Below the pieces are notes generated by a model. The model was not told where the DNA came from. It saw only the letters and a list, made by a program, of their open reading frames with translations, and ran no database searches. Shown piece after piece: positions 37,681 through 51,270 of a DNA stretch of 64,000 nt. The first letter of the stretch is position 1. The number at the start of each line of letters is the position of its first letter. The position numbers were made by a program, and so were the translations under genes. The DNA lies in contig NW_003314341.1 in the NCBI RefSeq assembly GCF_000143415.4, positions 832,394 to 896,393 on the forward strand, given 5' to 3'. This DNA is from Selaginella moellendorffii. Taxonomy: Eukaryota > Plantae > Lycopodiophyta.

Positions 37681-40600
37681 ATGGCCTTCAGGGTTGGGGA
37701 AAAGGTTTACATTTTGAATGGTGGGAAGAGAGTTGCAAAAGGGACCCTTGTGTCTATGGATCGGAACTTTGTTATACACTGTCAAAGGCTTGGGGAAGGC
37801 AATGCTGCTGTATCAATAGAGACTGTCTTCGATGGGAATGTGGTCGCTATTGAACAAGGAGAGATGGTCGTCGGGGTAAATGTTGTTGTTGCCTTGAAAA
37901 ATCTGCAGAAGAAAGCAGATGTTGGGGACAGCGCAAGTGCGACGCATGTTCCCTCCGTGGATCTTAAGAACCGTGCTACATGGATTCAGGCAAAGGTGTT
38001 TCTAAACAACCCCGAGGGGGAGGTGGTAGCTGAGGGCTTAGCCACAGTTGTCGATCCAAGAGATGTGGTTGCTAATCAAGAATTGGGTTGGGATGATATT
38101 GGAGTTGCGATTTTAGAGGTTGTTGACACAGAAGAAAATAGTCTGACTATTGGAAGTATTGTGCGGTGGAAATTGAGGCATTTAGTGTTTGACAATGTGA
38201 AGGATTCACAATCAAACACCACTACAATTGATGACAGAACATCTCTTCATGGGAAAAGAAAGTACACCTTCCTAAAGCGCAGCCAAAGGGATCTGAGCAA
38301 CGAACCGAAAAGGCAGAAAATGGCGATGGAGGTTCGAATGGTCTCGACAGTTGCTTGTTGCAAAAGGAGGTGCTGTCAACATGCTGATTGGGATGCTATT
38401 GAAGAGGAAAGAGCAAGATACAAGACATTGTCCTGGAAGGCAGCTCGCAATTTTGTGTATGAGGCATTACGGTCATCTGTTGATGCTTCAGAACATCAGG
38501 TGGAGGGCATGGTCTTCCAGAGGGGTTTGGTCTGCATAAAGGCATGGAGAATCATTTATGAAGTCCCTCGAAGCACATTCTACAGAATCAAAACTGAGTT
38601 CGAGGAACAAAAGGTTCAACAGGCAGTCCATGGGAACGACGGTACGCACAAAACCAGGGGTCATGTTGTATATGGAGAGGCAATCTTCAAAAGGTTTGTC
38701 GAGACATGTAGCGAGCAGCAACCACATAAAACCCGCCTCTTGGAAGATGGAACACAAGACACCCAACGAGTTCTCCCTTCCATGTATACCAAGGGGGCCA
38801 TATTGGAATATGTGAATCGGGAACTCCAGAGTAATGGCTACAGGAAGTTGAGCCAATCTAGATTTAGTAGATTGTGGAGCAACAGGTTCAGGGATGTGAG
38901 TATAGGAAAGTACTCCAACTTTTCAAAGTGTGACGAGTGCACTGCTATCAAAATGGCTTTGTCGAAGAATTCTTGCAGCGCTCAAGAGCGAGAGATGTTG
39001 GTTAGAAGGCGGCTCGACCACAACATTGAGCAGAGAAGCTGCAGGACTGCATATTATCATAACAGGATTCTCTCCATGGAGAGACCTGACTCTTACCTCT
39101 GCATCATCCATGACAAAATAGACCAGAAAAAGACGTGTTTACCTCGACTCAATCCTGCCCCCAAGGCAATCTCTTCATCCATGCAGCTGCCTGTGTCTCT
39201 GTTTGGCATAATCGCTCATGGGCATGGTGCCCAGAACTATGGGAACTTCTTTGTACCTCTATGGGGTGGCGGGGGTGCAAACATGATGATTGCGTCCCTA
39301 GCAAAACACTTAAGGTCTCTACAAAGTGCGCAGACTGAGCTGAACGGCCAACCCTTGCATAAGGCCCTTGTCGATCGAACCCCATACAAGGTTCAGCTGG
39401 AGGAGGAGCAAAGGCTTGCAGTATCGCGTGGGGCCTCATGCCATCCCAGTGAATATGTTGGCCGTCAGATTGTAGGGTTATCACGTGAGGCCTCATGCCA
39501 TTCCGACGAGGCTGGTCACCCAGTGAATGCACAGTCTCATCCAAATGAAGCAGAATCTCAAGGAAGTTCTTGCGGCTGATGTGGCCTTCCACCCCATTTT
39601 CTGCTCCAAACAGACAATGCTGGCAGTGAGAACAAAAACATGTACGTCTTCACGTACTTGGCGATGCTTGTTGCCAAAGGCATATTTGAAACGGTTACAC
39701 TTGGCTTTCTCATGGTTGGGCACACTCATGAAGACGTCGATGCCATGTTCAGTCACCTGGCAAAGTCCCTCCGGCGATCCAATGTCCTCACCCTCCCACA
39801 ACTCTACGATGAATTCCAAAATTGCATCAAAGGCACTGTTGAAGCTGCACTTGTGACAGAGGTTCCAGACTTTAAGGGGTTTGTAAGAGGCTACATCAGG
39901 GACGGATCCCAAATGCTGATTGGCCACTCCAAGCCTCTTCAGTTTCATTTCAGCATGCGTGACGGTGCTCTAGTGATGAGGTACAAGATGAGAGAATGGG
40001 ACACACTGTGGCTGCCAGTGGACGGCATTGAACTCTTCAAGAGAGATCCCATAACTGGGGAACCTATGATTCCTCAGGGTTCCCCACGGCCGATGCACCC
40101 GGATGGACTCAAAGACCAGGAAAGTATAGTGGCCGGGATTAGACAGCATATTGCCTTCTGGAAGAGGGGGTTGGTGTTTGGTGGAGAATCCTATTTTAAG
40201 AGGTGCAAGCCTTTGCTCGAATACTGGGAGAATATTATATCTGCTATCCAAAATGGGCCGGTTGTATATGAAGAATTGGAAGAGTCCTTTTGGCCAGAAC
40301 CCAGAGCACCAGATAGTAGCGGAACAATGTCCTCTGGAAATGCAGTGACAGATAACGATGTTGAGGATCACTATTGTGGGCCAAGGAACAAGAAGCCGGA
40401 TTCAGCATTCAATCCAGTACAGGTCTGCAAAGGAATGGTCGTGCTTGTCAGACCCAGTAATAAAAAACAAATGATATGGGTGGGGCGCTGCATCACTGAT
40501 GTAGAGGAGGATGCGGAAACTAACTCCTTCAATGTAACTGTGGAGTGGTTCAAGGCAAGTTCCGGATATACGAAGGATTGCCTAGAAAAGAGATGGGTGC

Positions 40601-40822
40601 TGAATCCAAGGGATCCCAGCATGAGCATATCGGTGGATAATGTTGTGCATGGTTGGATGCGGAAGCAGAGTGCCACCATCACCTTGCCAGACCATGCAAG
40701 AGATGCAGCAAGAGCATTCATAACCCGGGTTCAAGGTGAGATTCATTAATATTCCTTTACTAAGTTTCTAATGTATTTTATTTCAAGGTGAACAATCCGA
40801 ATCTGAATTAGAGGAGGCGTGA
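37681..40822 (+). CDS. DDD-type transposase (Sola-like) with an in-frame TGA at 39577-79 and a terminal intron 40736-40787
   Basis: The 632-aa and 369-aa ORFs are in the same frame. KCDEC; IIHDKIDQKK; LLQTDNAGSENKN; FLMVGHTHEDVDAMFS; two N-terminal VAxG..LG..V repeats resembling transposase-associated domains. Confidence 0.82.
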
Positions 40823-43800
40823 TGGCATGGCGTGATGGCGTGAGGCGTGACACCAAAAAGGAGGTGTCCACTAGCACTTAGGCTTATAATGGCGTGTGCC
40901 CTCATGCCATTTACTTGATCACCAAATACCTTTTTCCCTTTGCACTAGTATATCTTAATACCGGTCTGAGAAATAGAATGGCATGTGCCCTCAGGCCTTT
41001 TACTAAATCACCTTTGAAAGAAATGCAAGCCTCTATGTCGTAAAAAAAAAGGTACTAGAGAAATTCCTTAATAATATGAATGTTATTTAGTTTCATGAAA
41101 ATACACTAAGGGTCAAATGAGTTAAATGACTTCTCCAGACTAGCAATGCCTCTTGCTACACCTTCACAATTAGATTCGTTAGAAAAAGATAACATTGAAT
41201 AATATCTAAATGTTCTCACCATTAAGTTATATGTCTGGCTAATAGGAATGACGTTCATCTTGGAAAGCTCACCACACGCTCAATGAACAAACAAATAGTG
41301 TGTGCGCGCATGCCATCGCTCTTCTTTAGCTTCAGATTCGGCTTGTTCACCTTGACAATGAGATTTATTATACAACCAGATGGACTCAGTCTGGACACAA
41401 AGTCACCGCGCTAGTCACCATGCCCCAGATATGTCTAGCCCCTGGACAAAAAACATATAATTTCACGTCATTTTCAAATACTTGAAAATTTGTACCTAGT
41501 CCCATTTTACTGAATAAATCCCACTTTAACGAAATAGAGCTTAGAACGACAAGCAAGGTAACTTGGTGAAGTGTTCAAGAGCCGGCTTTAGTTCCCCCGG
41601 GAGATCAACTGGCCAATGCTCCCAGTCCAAGTGTGGGTGGCACTACCTACTTGGATACCAGACGTGGCTCAAGGGAACCTCGCTCTAAGGCCATGTCTAG
41701 AGCACCCAAAGGCGGAAGGTGGGGAGAGTACCTATGAGGCTTGTGTAAGGCCACGGTGTTCCGAAGTAAAGACCCAGACTATGGAAAGGAAGAGGAGTAG
41801 TCCTCTGGTGTAATGACCAAGGATACAGTCATGTGGTGAGGAAGTCCCAGAGGACCATGGGACTTAGTGGTCAGGCCTATGGGCCTTGATCCAGTGGCAA
41901 TGTTAGCAAACACGGCCAAGGACAGAAAGGGACTTGGTGGGGATCAAAAAGGAGATATTGGGGAAGGCTATTCACCATGTTTGCGGGCATCCTAAGGATG
42001 TTAAGGAGTGGATCTGGGATGACCACTCATGGACGAATGGCCCAGTCTTAGAGAGACGGGATTGCAATGCAGGTGGTGTTGGACCACCGATGTGACCAAG
42101 GTGATTGGGCATAGCCTAGCATAACGGGCTGGTATGTTGGTGGTGCCTTGGGGTGTCAGTCATGGGATCGGACACGTGGAGCACTTGGACCAAGTGCAAA
42201 GGTTGAGTGGCGGGGATGCCATTCTCAGGGCTAGCAAACCCAAGTCCAAATAGGACTTATGGAGGTTGTGAGTGAGACTCCTCGAAGTGGTCGGAGGTGT
42301 GGTTAAATGACTAAAGTAGAATGGAAAAATTAGTCGCTTACATTAGCATCAAACACATTAGTGTTCCTTGGCTAGCTTTGCCATTTGGATTCCTTCCATT
42401 AAATTCCATGGCCCAAACTTGGCCACTAGTCCTTTGCTCCTACCCTTGTTTGTTGCACCTAGCAACATAGGATCGCTACCTCCATTTTCGAGGTATCCTT
42501 TCGGTTCTATATCAAAGACTCTCCTTTGCCAAGTCCGGAGGGTGTTCACCCCTAATACATCTCTTTATCATCTTTTGCTATGGGCTCTATCCATAGCCTA
42601 ACTTTGTGACCCTCCTCTGGGTCTCTTATAAAAACTACTTTCCTCGGATTCATTATGACATATCTCATTTCCCTAAGGTGTACTTCTCACTTGGTCACCT
42701 TGACCAAGCCACACCATCATTAATAGTTCCAATCAACACTTTGAACTTTGGAACTTTATCCCAAGGACCTTGTCTTCGTTTTGGCCATAAGATCACTTAG
42801 TGATCTAATCTTGGCACCTTAACAGGTTTGCCAATAGATACTAGGTCTTTCAGACCTTTAAATTGTTCATTAAGACCCCGGGGCCATCCCCCACACTTGG
42901 CGGTGCACCCAAGCCAGCCCTTCCGGCCAAGGGTCCATAGCAACCGAGACTGGGTGTCCCCATCTAATTCACGACGTCTTTGGTGCCTTTCGCACCAAAG
43001 TGTTCAAGTTAGATATGCTGAGCCACACTAAGCAATCTAACCATGCATCACGACTGCGAGGCATCCCTCGCTTGGCGGTGTGCCCAAACCAGTCTCCTCA
43101 CTGAGAGTCCATGACCACCGAAATATGAGTGTCCTCATATTCCAAACCATCACCACACCCTAGTGATTTGGGACTCGAACCCAAGCACTAGAGGGTCGAG
43201 ACTCAAACCCAACCTCTATATATGCATCTACGGACGGTATCACACAGGATGCCTAGCGTGACTCCCCACGCCAGTGCACTAACTTATACTTAAAACGCAC
43301 TATAGATCACAGCTTAGGAATGTAGTTCCTTCGCATTGCCAAATCCTCTCACTTGACCTGTCTGTGATCATGCATGGACTCCTCCATGCTTGGCCTCCTG
43401 GGCCACCCCTTTGAAGTTGGCTCCTTAAATTAGGGTATTCGTTCCCCTCCACTTGCCAATCTCACTTAGCAAGTCATTCAGCCACCATAACATGGTTCAT
43501 GCATAAGCGTGAAAGCCCTTAACCATCGACTTTCGTTCAAAGCTCTCTCTTTGAACACTCGGAAACTATTTCCCCAATCTTGATAGCCTTGCCTCATGGC
43601 AAGCTTCAAGACCACGCTTCTGCTGCGCCACTCTAATTTCGCGTGTTCTATAAAGCATTTACAATTGGCTAACTAGGTACTTATCTACCTAGGGGAACGT
43701 TCAAGGAACTCTGTTCCTTAGCTTGCTAAGGTCTCTCCTTTCACAAGATTTCCAATTACCATATAGTCTAACATAGGCAATCTCATGCTTTAGACTCTCC

Positions 43801-44042
43801 ATGGCATCCCGGTCGCTAGTAACAACATGCTTGAGCACTAACTTGATTCTCCACTCCCAACTAGCATAACCACCCTTGGTCATGCCTGTCAATTCCTATG
43901 GTTCGGTTTTATCCCTACATTACTTGCCTTTTGGCATTATACATTTCCTTTGGTTATTCTCTTCCAGACTAGAAAGATAGCTTTGCACTTTCTACCATGC
44001 CTTGGCAAGTATTCATAGGGATGAATCTACCCGACAGGCTAG

Positions 44043-45284
44043 TGTAAGTGACTAAATTTTCTATTCTACTATCGTCACTTAACCACACCTCTGACCCCTT
44101 GGAGGAGTCTCATTCACAACCTCCTTAAGTCCAATCCAGGACTTGGGACTTGCTAGTCCTGAGAATGGCATCCATGCCACTCCTCCCTTGCACTTGGTCC
44201 AAGTGCTCCACGTGTCCAGTCCCAAGACCGACACCCAAAGGTACCACTGACATATTGGCCCGTTACACTAAGGCCATGCCCATTCACCTTTGCCGGACTA
44301 GTGGTCCAATACCACTTGCATCACAATCCTGTCTCTCCAAGACTAGGTTGTCCGTCCATGAGCGGTCATCCCAGATCCACTCCTTAGCATCCTTAGGATG
44401 CCTATAGACATAAGGAATAGCTTTCCCCAACATCCCTTTGTCAATTCCTGCCAAGTCCCTTTTCCGTCCATGGCCATGTTCACCAACACTGCCACTAGAT
44501 CAAGGCCCGCAGGCCCAGCCACTAAGTCCCATTGTCCTCTAGGACTTCATCACCATGTGACCATATCCATAGTCACTACACTAGAGGACTACTCCTCCTC
44601 CTTTCCCCCATTTGGGACTTCGGGACAACATTTCAGCAAACGCTTTGGGCTTTCACCCTCTCAGACTTGAACTCGGACTCAGACTCGGACTTAGCCTCGG
44701 CCTCGGTCTCGGTCCTGATCTCGGTCTCGGTCTCGGTCTCACTCTCGGTCTCGGTCTCGGTCTCGATCTCGGTCTCGGTCCCGGTCTCGGTCTCGGTCCC
44801 GGTCTCGGTCTCGACCTCGGACTCCATCTTGGTCCATCTCGGACTCCATCTCGGACTCCATTTCAGGTCCATCTCGGACTCCATCTCGGATCCATCTTGA
44901 ACTCCATCTCGGGTCCATCTCGGACTCCATCTCAGTCCATCTCGGACTCCATCTCGGACTCCACTTCGGACTTCAACTCGGGTCCATCTCGGACTCCATC
45001 TCGGACTCCACCTCGGACTCCAACTCGGGTCCATCTCAGACTCCATCTCGGACACTTTCATGTATCATGTGTTAGTCCTTTTGGGTCCCTTTTTGGAGCC
45101 TCATTTATTGCTTGCTTCATGCTTGTTCCTTGAGCACTCTGTTGGGAGTTCCACTGCCGCTCTCAACCTTTCAAGTCGGAGCCTTTTAGTCCAAACATAT
45201 TACGTTCGTTTGGCTTTTTCTTTGGCCACTACCACGTGGCACCCTTTCGGCTCCACTTTGGGGCTTTGGGATTTGTGTCTCACA
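44043..45284 (-). repeat. Family B solo LTR with internal deletion
   Basis: TG...CA; TSD GCTAG at 44038-42 and 45285-89. Confidence 0.9.
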
Positions 45285-47879
45285 GCTAGGGAGTGCTTAC
45301 TCAATCCGGGTTTGCTCACCTTGTAATCCCACACTCTGGGATCACCGTTGCTACTTATGGGCCGTTATATGCCCATCACTAGCCTTGCCAAAATCCCTTT
45401 TTAGCTTTGTCCAATTTGGGTAGACGGACTTCTCCCGTCTCCACAACCTTGGACATTTGGATAGCACATCCTATCCTTTATTCACTAGGGACTTTGTCCC
45501 TAAGGCAATATCTATTGCCCTCATGACACCAAATACCCCCTTTTGGTGTTCTGGAGTGTTTAGGTGTCCCAATAATGACCTCTCTGACAATGAGCATTCC
45601 CTTTTCGACATTGACTTACTATGTCGCAACATAAGCAATTTATCCCCCATAAGGGTATATCGAACTTCCTTATCCCAATAAGAAGTCTTAGGTAGTTCCC
45701 TTCTACCAGTTTACGAATTATTTTGCACCTTTTGCTTAGTTGCCTCCTAGTTGTCAAGTCCTACAACTCATTGTTGGTGCTTCCACACCTCCATCATTAT
45801 TTGGGTCACCACACTCTAACCACATGCCTTCTAGCTTAGGCTATGTTATTACCATTTCCATTCCTTTGGAAGGGGTTCTCATGAACCCGCCCACTTGACC
45901 TCAAAGCAGCATGCTTTGGCACTTTCGGTGTCTCCACACCATCTGCTCCACGAGCCTACCTTTATGACACTTCTTACTTGTGCCTAAGTATTTTTGCCAA
46001 GACTAATATGGTTGTCTCTTATGCCAATTATCCATTGCACTGCACCATAGAGTTCACGCACAACTTTGTGTCAAAGTTGTTTTCTTCCGGGAAACTCTTT
46101 CCCACGACTTTAGCATGGCACCTTTTGCCATCAATAAGATACACACTGCTCTCATGCTTGGATCTTAAGATCCTCCCCATCCTTCGTGGGGCACCACACA
46201 CCTTAGTCCAAATGCCTTCCTCAAGTCCTTAGGATTTTTCTTTGACTCTATTGGAGTCATTCAAATTTTTGGACTTTGTTAATCCGACGACCCATGAGGT
46301 CCTACTTTTGAGGTGCTAGCTCATTGGAATACAACTCTTTGTATTCATGTCCTACTCACAAAGACCATCTTTTGCAAGTGTTACTCCGACACTTGATTTG
46401 TTCTCTAGGGGCAAATTTTTGCCCCTTATGACCACTTGTCCATGTGATGAGAATACCAACTCATCCTCTAAGTACACCCCCAACTCCTTGGGTTGTTCCA
46501 GCATTTATTAGAAGTAGCCCCGGCTACCATTTCAAGGACTTGTATCTTCTTCCGTATTTGACCTCCCTCGGTCATCAATTCTGGTCTCAAGTTGCCTCCA
46601 CTATATGAGGGTAATCTTGTGACTCCTTTATTGTTTTGGAGTCTGCATCTTTCCCATGATCCCAACTATAGTTGTTCACCACAACTACATTAGCCTGTTT
46701 GTTGCATCAAATGCTCATCTGGATCACATCCTCAACTCTCTGAGGAAACCCTCATACTATTCCCAAGATCCCAAAGTCGTTCCCTTACTGGCTCTTTTCC
46801 ATCCACCACATCGTGCACAAGTTCACGCATGAACTCGAGTAGAGAGCTATGTCCTCTCGACATGCTACTCCTCGAGGATAGGTCCATACCTAGGACTTTC
46901 CAATTCCAATACAAGTGGTGATATACTTGGCCACTAATAAGAGTCGGACTAAGGAATAACTCCAATACCAAATTGTAAGCGACCAATTTTTTCCATTCTA
47001 TTTTAGTCACTTAACCGCACCTTCAACCATTTGGAGGAGTCTCATTCACAACTTCCATAAGTCCCACTCAGGACTTGGGGCTTGCTAGCCCCGAGAATGG
47101 CATCCATGCCACTCAACCTTTGCACTTGGTCCAAGTGCTCCACGTGTCCGGTCCCATGACCGACACCCCAAGGCACCACCAACATACCAGCCTATTACGC
47201 TAGGTCATGCTCAATCACTTTAGTCACATCGGTGGTCCAACACCATCTGCATTGCAATCCTGTCTCTCCAAGACTGGGCCATCCATCCATGAGTGGTCAT
47301 CCCAAATCCACTCTTTAGCATCCTTAGAACACCCGTAGACATGGGGAATAGCTTTCCCCAATATCTCCTTTCTGGTCCCCACCAAGTCCCTTTTTGTCCT
47401 TGGCCATGTTCGCCCATACTACCACTGGATCAAGGCCCATGGGCCCGACCACTAAGTCCCACTATCCTCTAGGACTTCCTCACTGTGTGACTGTGTCCTT
47501 GGTCACCACACCAGAGGGCTACTCCTCTTCCTTTCCACAGTCTGGGACTTTGGGACAACATTTCGGAACACTATTGCCCTACGTGGGCCTCATGGGTACT
47601 CTCCCCACCTTCCGCCTTTAAGTGCTCTAGCCATTGAGCCATGCCAGGTGGACGACGCATCCACAGCTCTGGCTGGAGGAAACCATTCGCGGCTGCAAAT
47701 CCAGGAGATTATCAATCTCTCGCATGGATCTAATCTATCCGATAGATGACTTACGTCTGGAGGAGAAGATCAGGTCCTTTGACGGGCTGGAGTGCCAGTG
47801 CCAGGCATGCCATAGACAGAGAAGAAGAACAAGCGTTAAAGCCCTAGACCAGCGTGTTTAGGGTTCTAGAGGGGTTAAA

Positions 47880-48745
47880 GCTAAGATACGCAGTCTCGCC
47901 ACTGCCAACTTCGGCGTTTTGTTTGAAGATATCTGTGAGAATTCTAGAGCAAAATGCCGGTGTCAGCAAGTCGGCCTTCTGATCAGTACTTGCTTATGGA
48001 GGTCAAGGAGCAGATCAGAGCCTTCATCCAAGCGTCGGAGCCTGTTCCGGAGTATGCTTTGTTTTCGAGCCATTCTCCAGTGCTTGCAGTTGCATCTCTT
48101 GGGCGTAACAGTGGTAAGCACTCACTCCACGTTGTTTTTGACCTGCCAACAGAGATGGACGACGTCTATTGCTGAGCATGTCGAAACAAGCAAAACTGTG
48201 GAAGGAAGTCGATGATGCAGCTGGTATCATATGAAGTGCGCGAAGTTGAAGACGCTGCATCCAGTTTACAAGTGCAAGGGTTGTGTCAGAGACTCGCTTT
48301 CACGTATCTGACGGTGATTTTTTGCTTTGGTATTATGAAGGGGACGCCTTGATTGCCGCTGGTAAGCTCAGTGTATCATCACAGCAGTTAAGTCGTAACA
48401 AAACTCTGTGCTGCAGGTTGCCTGATGAAACAATTCGGTATTTCGACTTTGTAAAGCCGCCACGCACGTTGAGTCAGGTCACGGTTGCCTTGAGACACCC
48501 GTCCTCCATCCAAGCTCTTGTGAATGCTGTCAGCCCTCAAGACCTGGGCGCAGCTCTTCAATCACCCGGATAAAAATAAGGATGTGCTTGTACCTTTCAC
48601 AGCTCGCGTAGAAACCCTCCTAGACTGTTGATAGGGCTGGAACTTAATATTTCGAAACCTGCTTGGAGCGCTGCGAGGTTTTAGATCTTGTTTGACATGT
48701 TCTTTTCAGGTGTCATACAGTGCAAGCTGGCGGTTGAAGCCGACT
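47880..48745 (+). pseudogene. Decayed paralog of the CRN-like/PHD gene at 61-63 kb (3' part)
   Basis: Fragments EQIRAFIQASEPVPEYA, a PHD-like WYHMKC..YKCKGC, WYYEGDALIAAG, FDFVKPPRTLSQVTVA and (G)VIQCKLAV match the intact gene; stops and frameshifts. Confidence 0.8.
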
Positions 48746-49059
48746 GATATCCAAGGCAAGCCCTCGATTCATGGGAGGTCTTGTTCCTTCTCAAGTGACA
48801 CATCCTCAGATTCAATCGACGGTTCCTCGTTTTCCTGAAAGTGGGGCTGTGTATTTGATACCTGAAGTTTCAGAGTATGATTACATTGCAAGTACATACT
48901 TAGTCATTACTTCATATTCTCAGAATATTTCCATTTTGAGGTTAGGGGTTTGATTCCAATTGAGCCAGTTCAGCAGAACTTGTTAAGACAAGTTCAGCAG
49001 TATGTAAAGGCATGGGGGACAGACACAAATTAAAAAATTTGTGAAGTTGCAGGCTCGTA

Positions 49060-50260
49060 GATATAGAGTAGAAATGTATTTAACGTCCACTTCGGGCAAA
49101 CATGCCCATGGGACAGACAGAACAAACAAAGTGCAAGCATCATGAGTGGGATAAAAAACCCAGTGGCAAAACCCTTGTACGAGCACTCATCTAATCAGAA
49201 TTATTCCCCTTGGCAACTTCAAGCCCAAGAAGAATATCACGATCCGCCAGCAGCTCACGAAGAAATTCTCCAACCGATTGCATTTCTGCCTGTCTGAGGA
49301 AAGAAAGAAAGAAAGAAAGTGGTATTAACGTCCACTTCGGGCAAACTTGCCCATGGGACGGACTGTACAGACAAAGTCAGTCACCGTCACCAGCATCAAG
49401 AGCAAGAAGAGCAGCACGATCTTCACAAGAACTTTCCTAAAGTTGTCCTGCCCCAGAAACGAGACAATTGGCAGCATGAAATTAAGGCTACGTGAAAACT
49501 CCCCACGGAGCTCCATGTAAGCAGGGAAACGGAGCACTGCATGCTGGACGTCCTCCACCTCCGTTCCACATAGCTGGCAGATCCCCATTGACCCGTCTTA
49601 ATTCCAGTGCGTATGGCTGCAATAGCATGTCGCATGTCTGCAAGATACTGCTGCATGGTTGTCAAGCACCTGGATTGACATGTTGCCAATAATCCATAAT
49701 CCATAAGCTTGCTTCCCGTGTTTGCCCACACCACATCATGAAACTGACGGCGTATGTACATCAAGTTACTGCACGTGACTTTACACGCACTCTCAAATGT
49801 ACATGCCAACGGGACATCCAAACACCACAATCCTGCAATCATTCCAACCACTGGATACCTCGAAGGGGCATATGACACACGGTACATAACCATTCGCAGT
49901 ATAGCCTCAGCCTCAAGTGTGCTCAAACGGGCTTCTTGCAAGAGCACATGATATGGAAAGAAGCTATGGAAAGTCTGAATTTCAATCAATCATCGTGAGA
50001 ATTCCTGTGCAGGACAGTAAAGCACTGCATGAGCCACATCCTCAACCTCCAAGGCGCACAGAACACATTCCAAGGCAGCCCCTCCCAGCGTCCAGTCTCA
50101 ATGCGCAAGCTATGAGATCCTGTCTGAATAGCAGCAAGAGCACAAGAAAGAAGAAGAAAGAAGAAATGACTTCAGGCAAACATGCCCACAGGACAGACAA
50201 GACAAAAACCAAATATCTATGTCATGAGCCAGATTAAAAACCCATTGGAAAAACCCATGT
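49060..50260 (-). mobile_element. Non-LTR retrotransposon (LINE, RTE/L2-like) 3' remnants with three copies of a 3' terminal stem-loop
   Basis: Fragments HAIAAIRTG..ICQLCGTEVEDVQHAVLRFPAYMELR resemble a LINE C-terminal Cys/His motif; repeated gggcaWgtttgcccgaagt, two copies followed by (CTTT)n/(CTT)n tails. Confidence 0.55.
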
Positions 50261-50389
50261 AGATGAAGATAAAAGGTTGATCACTTCCTGTAGAAGATTG
50301 GAGCAAGGGCATTTGCAGTCCATCAACATTCATTGTTGAAGGCTGCAAAATATTTCACCCGGATATATTAAGTAGAGCTTAAAGGGTTT

Positions 50390-51270
50390 AATGATTTAAA
50401 AGTATAATAAAGGGAAGATTCTTGTGAAACCAATGTGACTAAAGAAAGATAAAATCATATGATAGATAAAGATGGAAACATTAAAGAGTTTAAGGCTAAA
50501 ATTAAATTAAGAGTGTTAATAATGTAACCTCATTGAGGAGCTAAGCCAATACTTAAACATTCATCAATCTACTTATTTATCTATTTTAAGTGCAAGTGAC
50601 ATTATTTGCTAAGCTCAATGGAACTTTATTTTAGTCTCATGACTAGAGCACTAAATAAACAACAATGGTAGAAGTACTCATATAAGGCCACAATATTTAA
50701 AAATGTTGTCATAAGAAACTAAAATGTAAAAGTAAGAAGAATAATCCTTTTACTTAGTAACCAAAGTGATAATTACTTAGTAAAATAGTCCTAAATGGTT
50801 GATAGATGAGTTTAAAGATCCAATCCAGAAGTAATATTAAAGAGTATTGTCAAGTGTGATAAAGAAGGGATATTGAGAATTTTTATATGTTTTAGAGCAT
50901 TTTTAGGATATTGAGAAGTGCTAAAGGGGTAATCCCTCATGGAATGGTTGCCCATGTTTTGGGGGGATAAATTGCAATAGTGGTGGTATTAGACTACAAT
51001 TAGGATTGAAAGAATAAATCAAACTTTAATATAAAAGGTTAATGGTACCTTTGGAAGGAAGTTTAAAACCCAATGAACACTTAGGTCATGAGAAGTTAAA
51101 TGTTATATTAAAGAGATGTGAAATATTACATTCAAGGTAACAAATACCATAAATTAGTGTTTAGACCTAAGGAGATTATAAGTGAAAATCTTCTAAAGGG
51201 TTATTAGTAGGGTGAAGTGATTAAAGCAGAAAAATAAAATTTAGTTACTTATAATTTAGTATCAGAGCAA
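50390..51270 (+). repeat. Highly decayed B-related LTR 3' portion with PBS remnant
   Basis: Collinear with ~53400-54370; tagtatcagagc at 51257-51268. Confidence 0.55.

Larger units (their letters stand above)
29081..41542. mobile_element. 12.5-kb DNA transposon, Sola-like, with cargo gene
   Basis: Perfect 24-bp TIR AAGCTCTATTTCGTTAAAGTGGGA at 29081-29104 and reverse complement at 41519-41542; 4-bp TSD AGAA (29077-80 / 41543-46); cleanly interrupts an LTR; encodes a DDD-type transposase. Superfamily assignment is tentative. Confidence 0.9.
28398..42342 (+). repeat. Family B solo LTR (28398-29080 + 41547-42342) split by the DNA transposon
   Basis: TG...CA ends; TSD TTAGC at 28393-28397 and 42343-42347. 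Confidence 0.9.
26117..47650 (-). mobile_element. Family B element hosting nested insertions; 3' LTR 26117-27766, truncated 5' LTR 46974-~47650
   Basis: LTR similarity; PPT-like sequence at 27767; degenerate PBS at ~46959-46970; internal region collinear with 9656-13707 once the inserts are removed. Confidence 0.85.

Noticed and set aside
39575-39613. Intron acceptor (..ttttctgctccaaacag) that would remove the transposase TGA
   Set aside because: The same bases encode LPPHFLLQTDN, the expected strand before the second catalytic Asp, so they are probably exonic.
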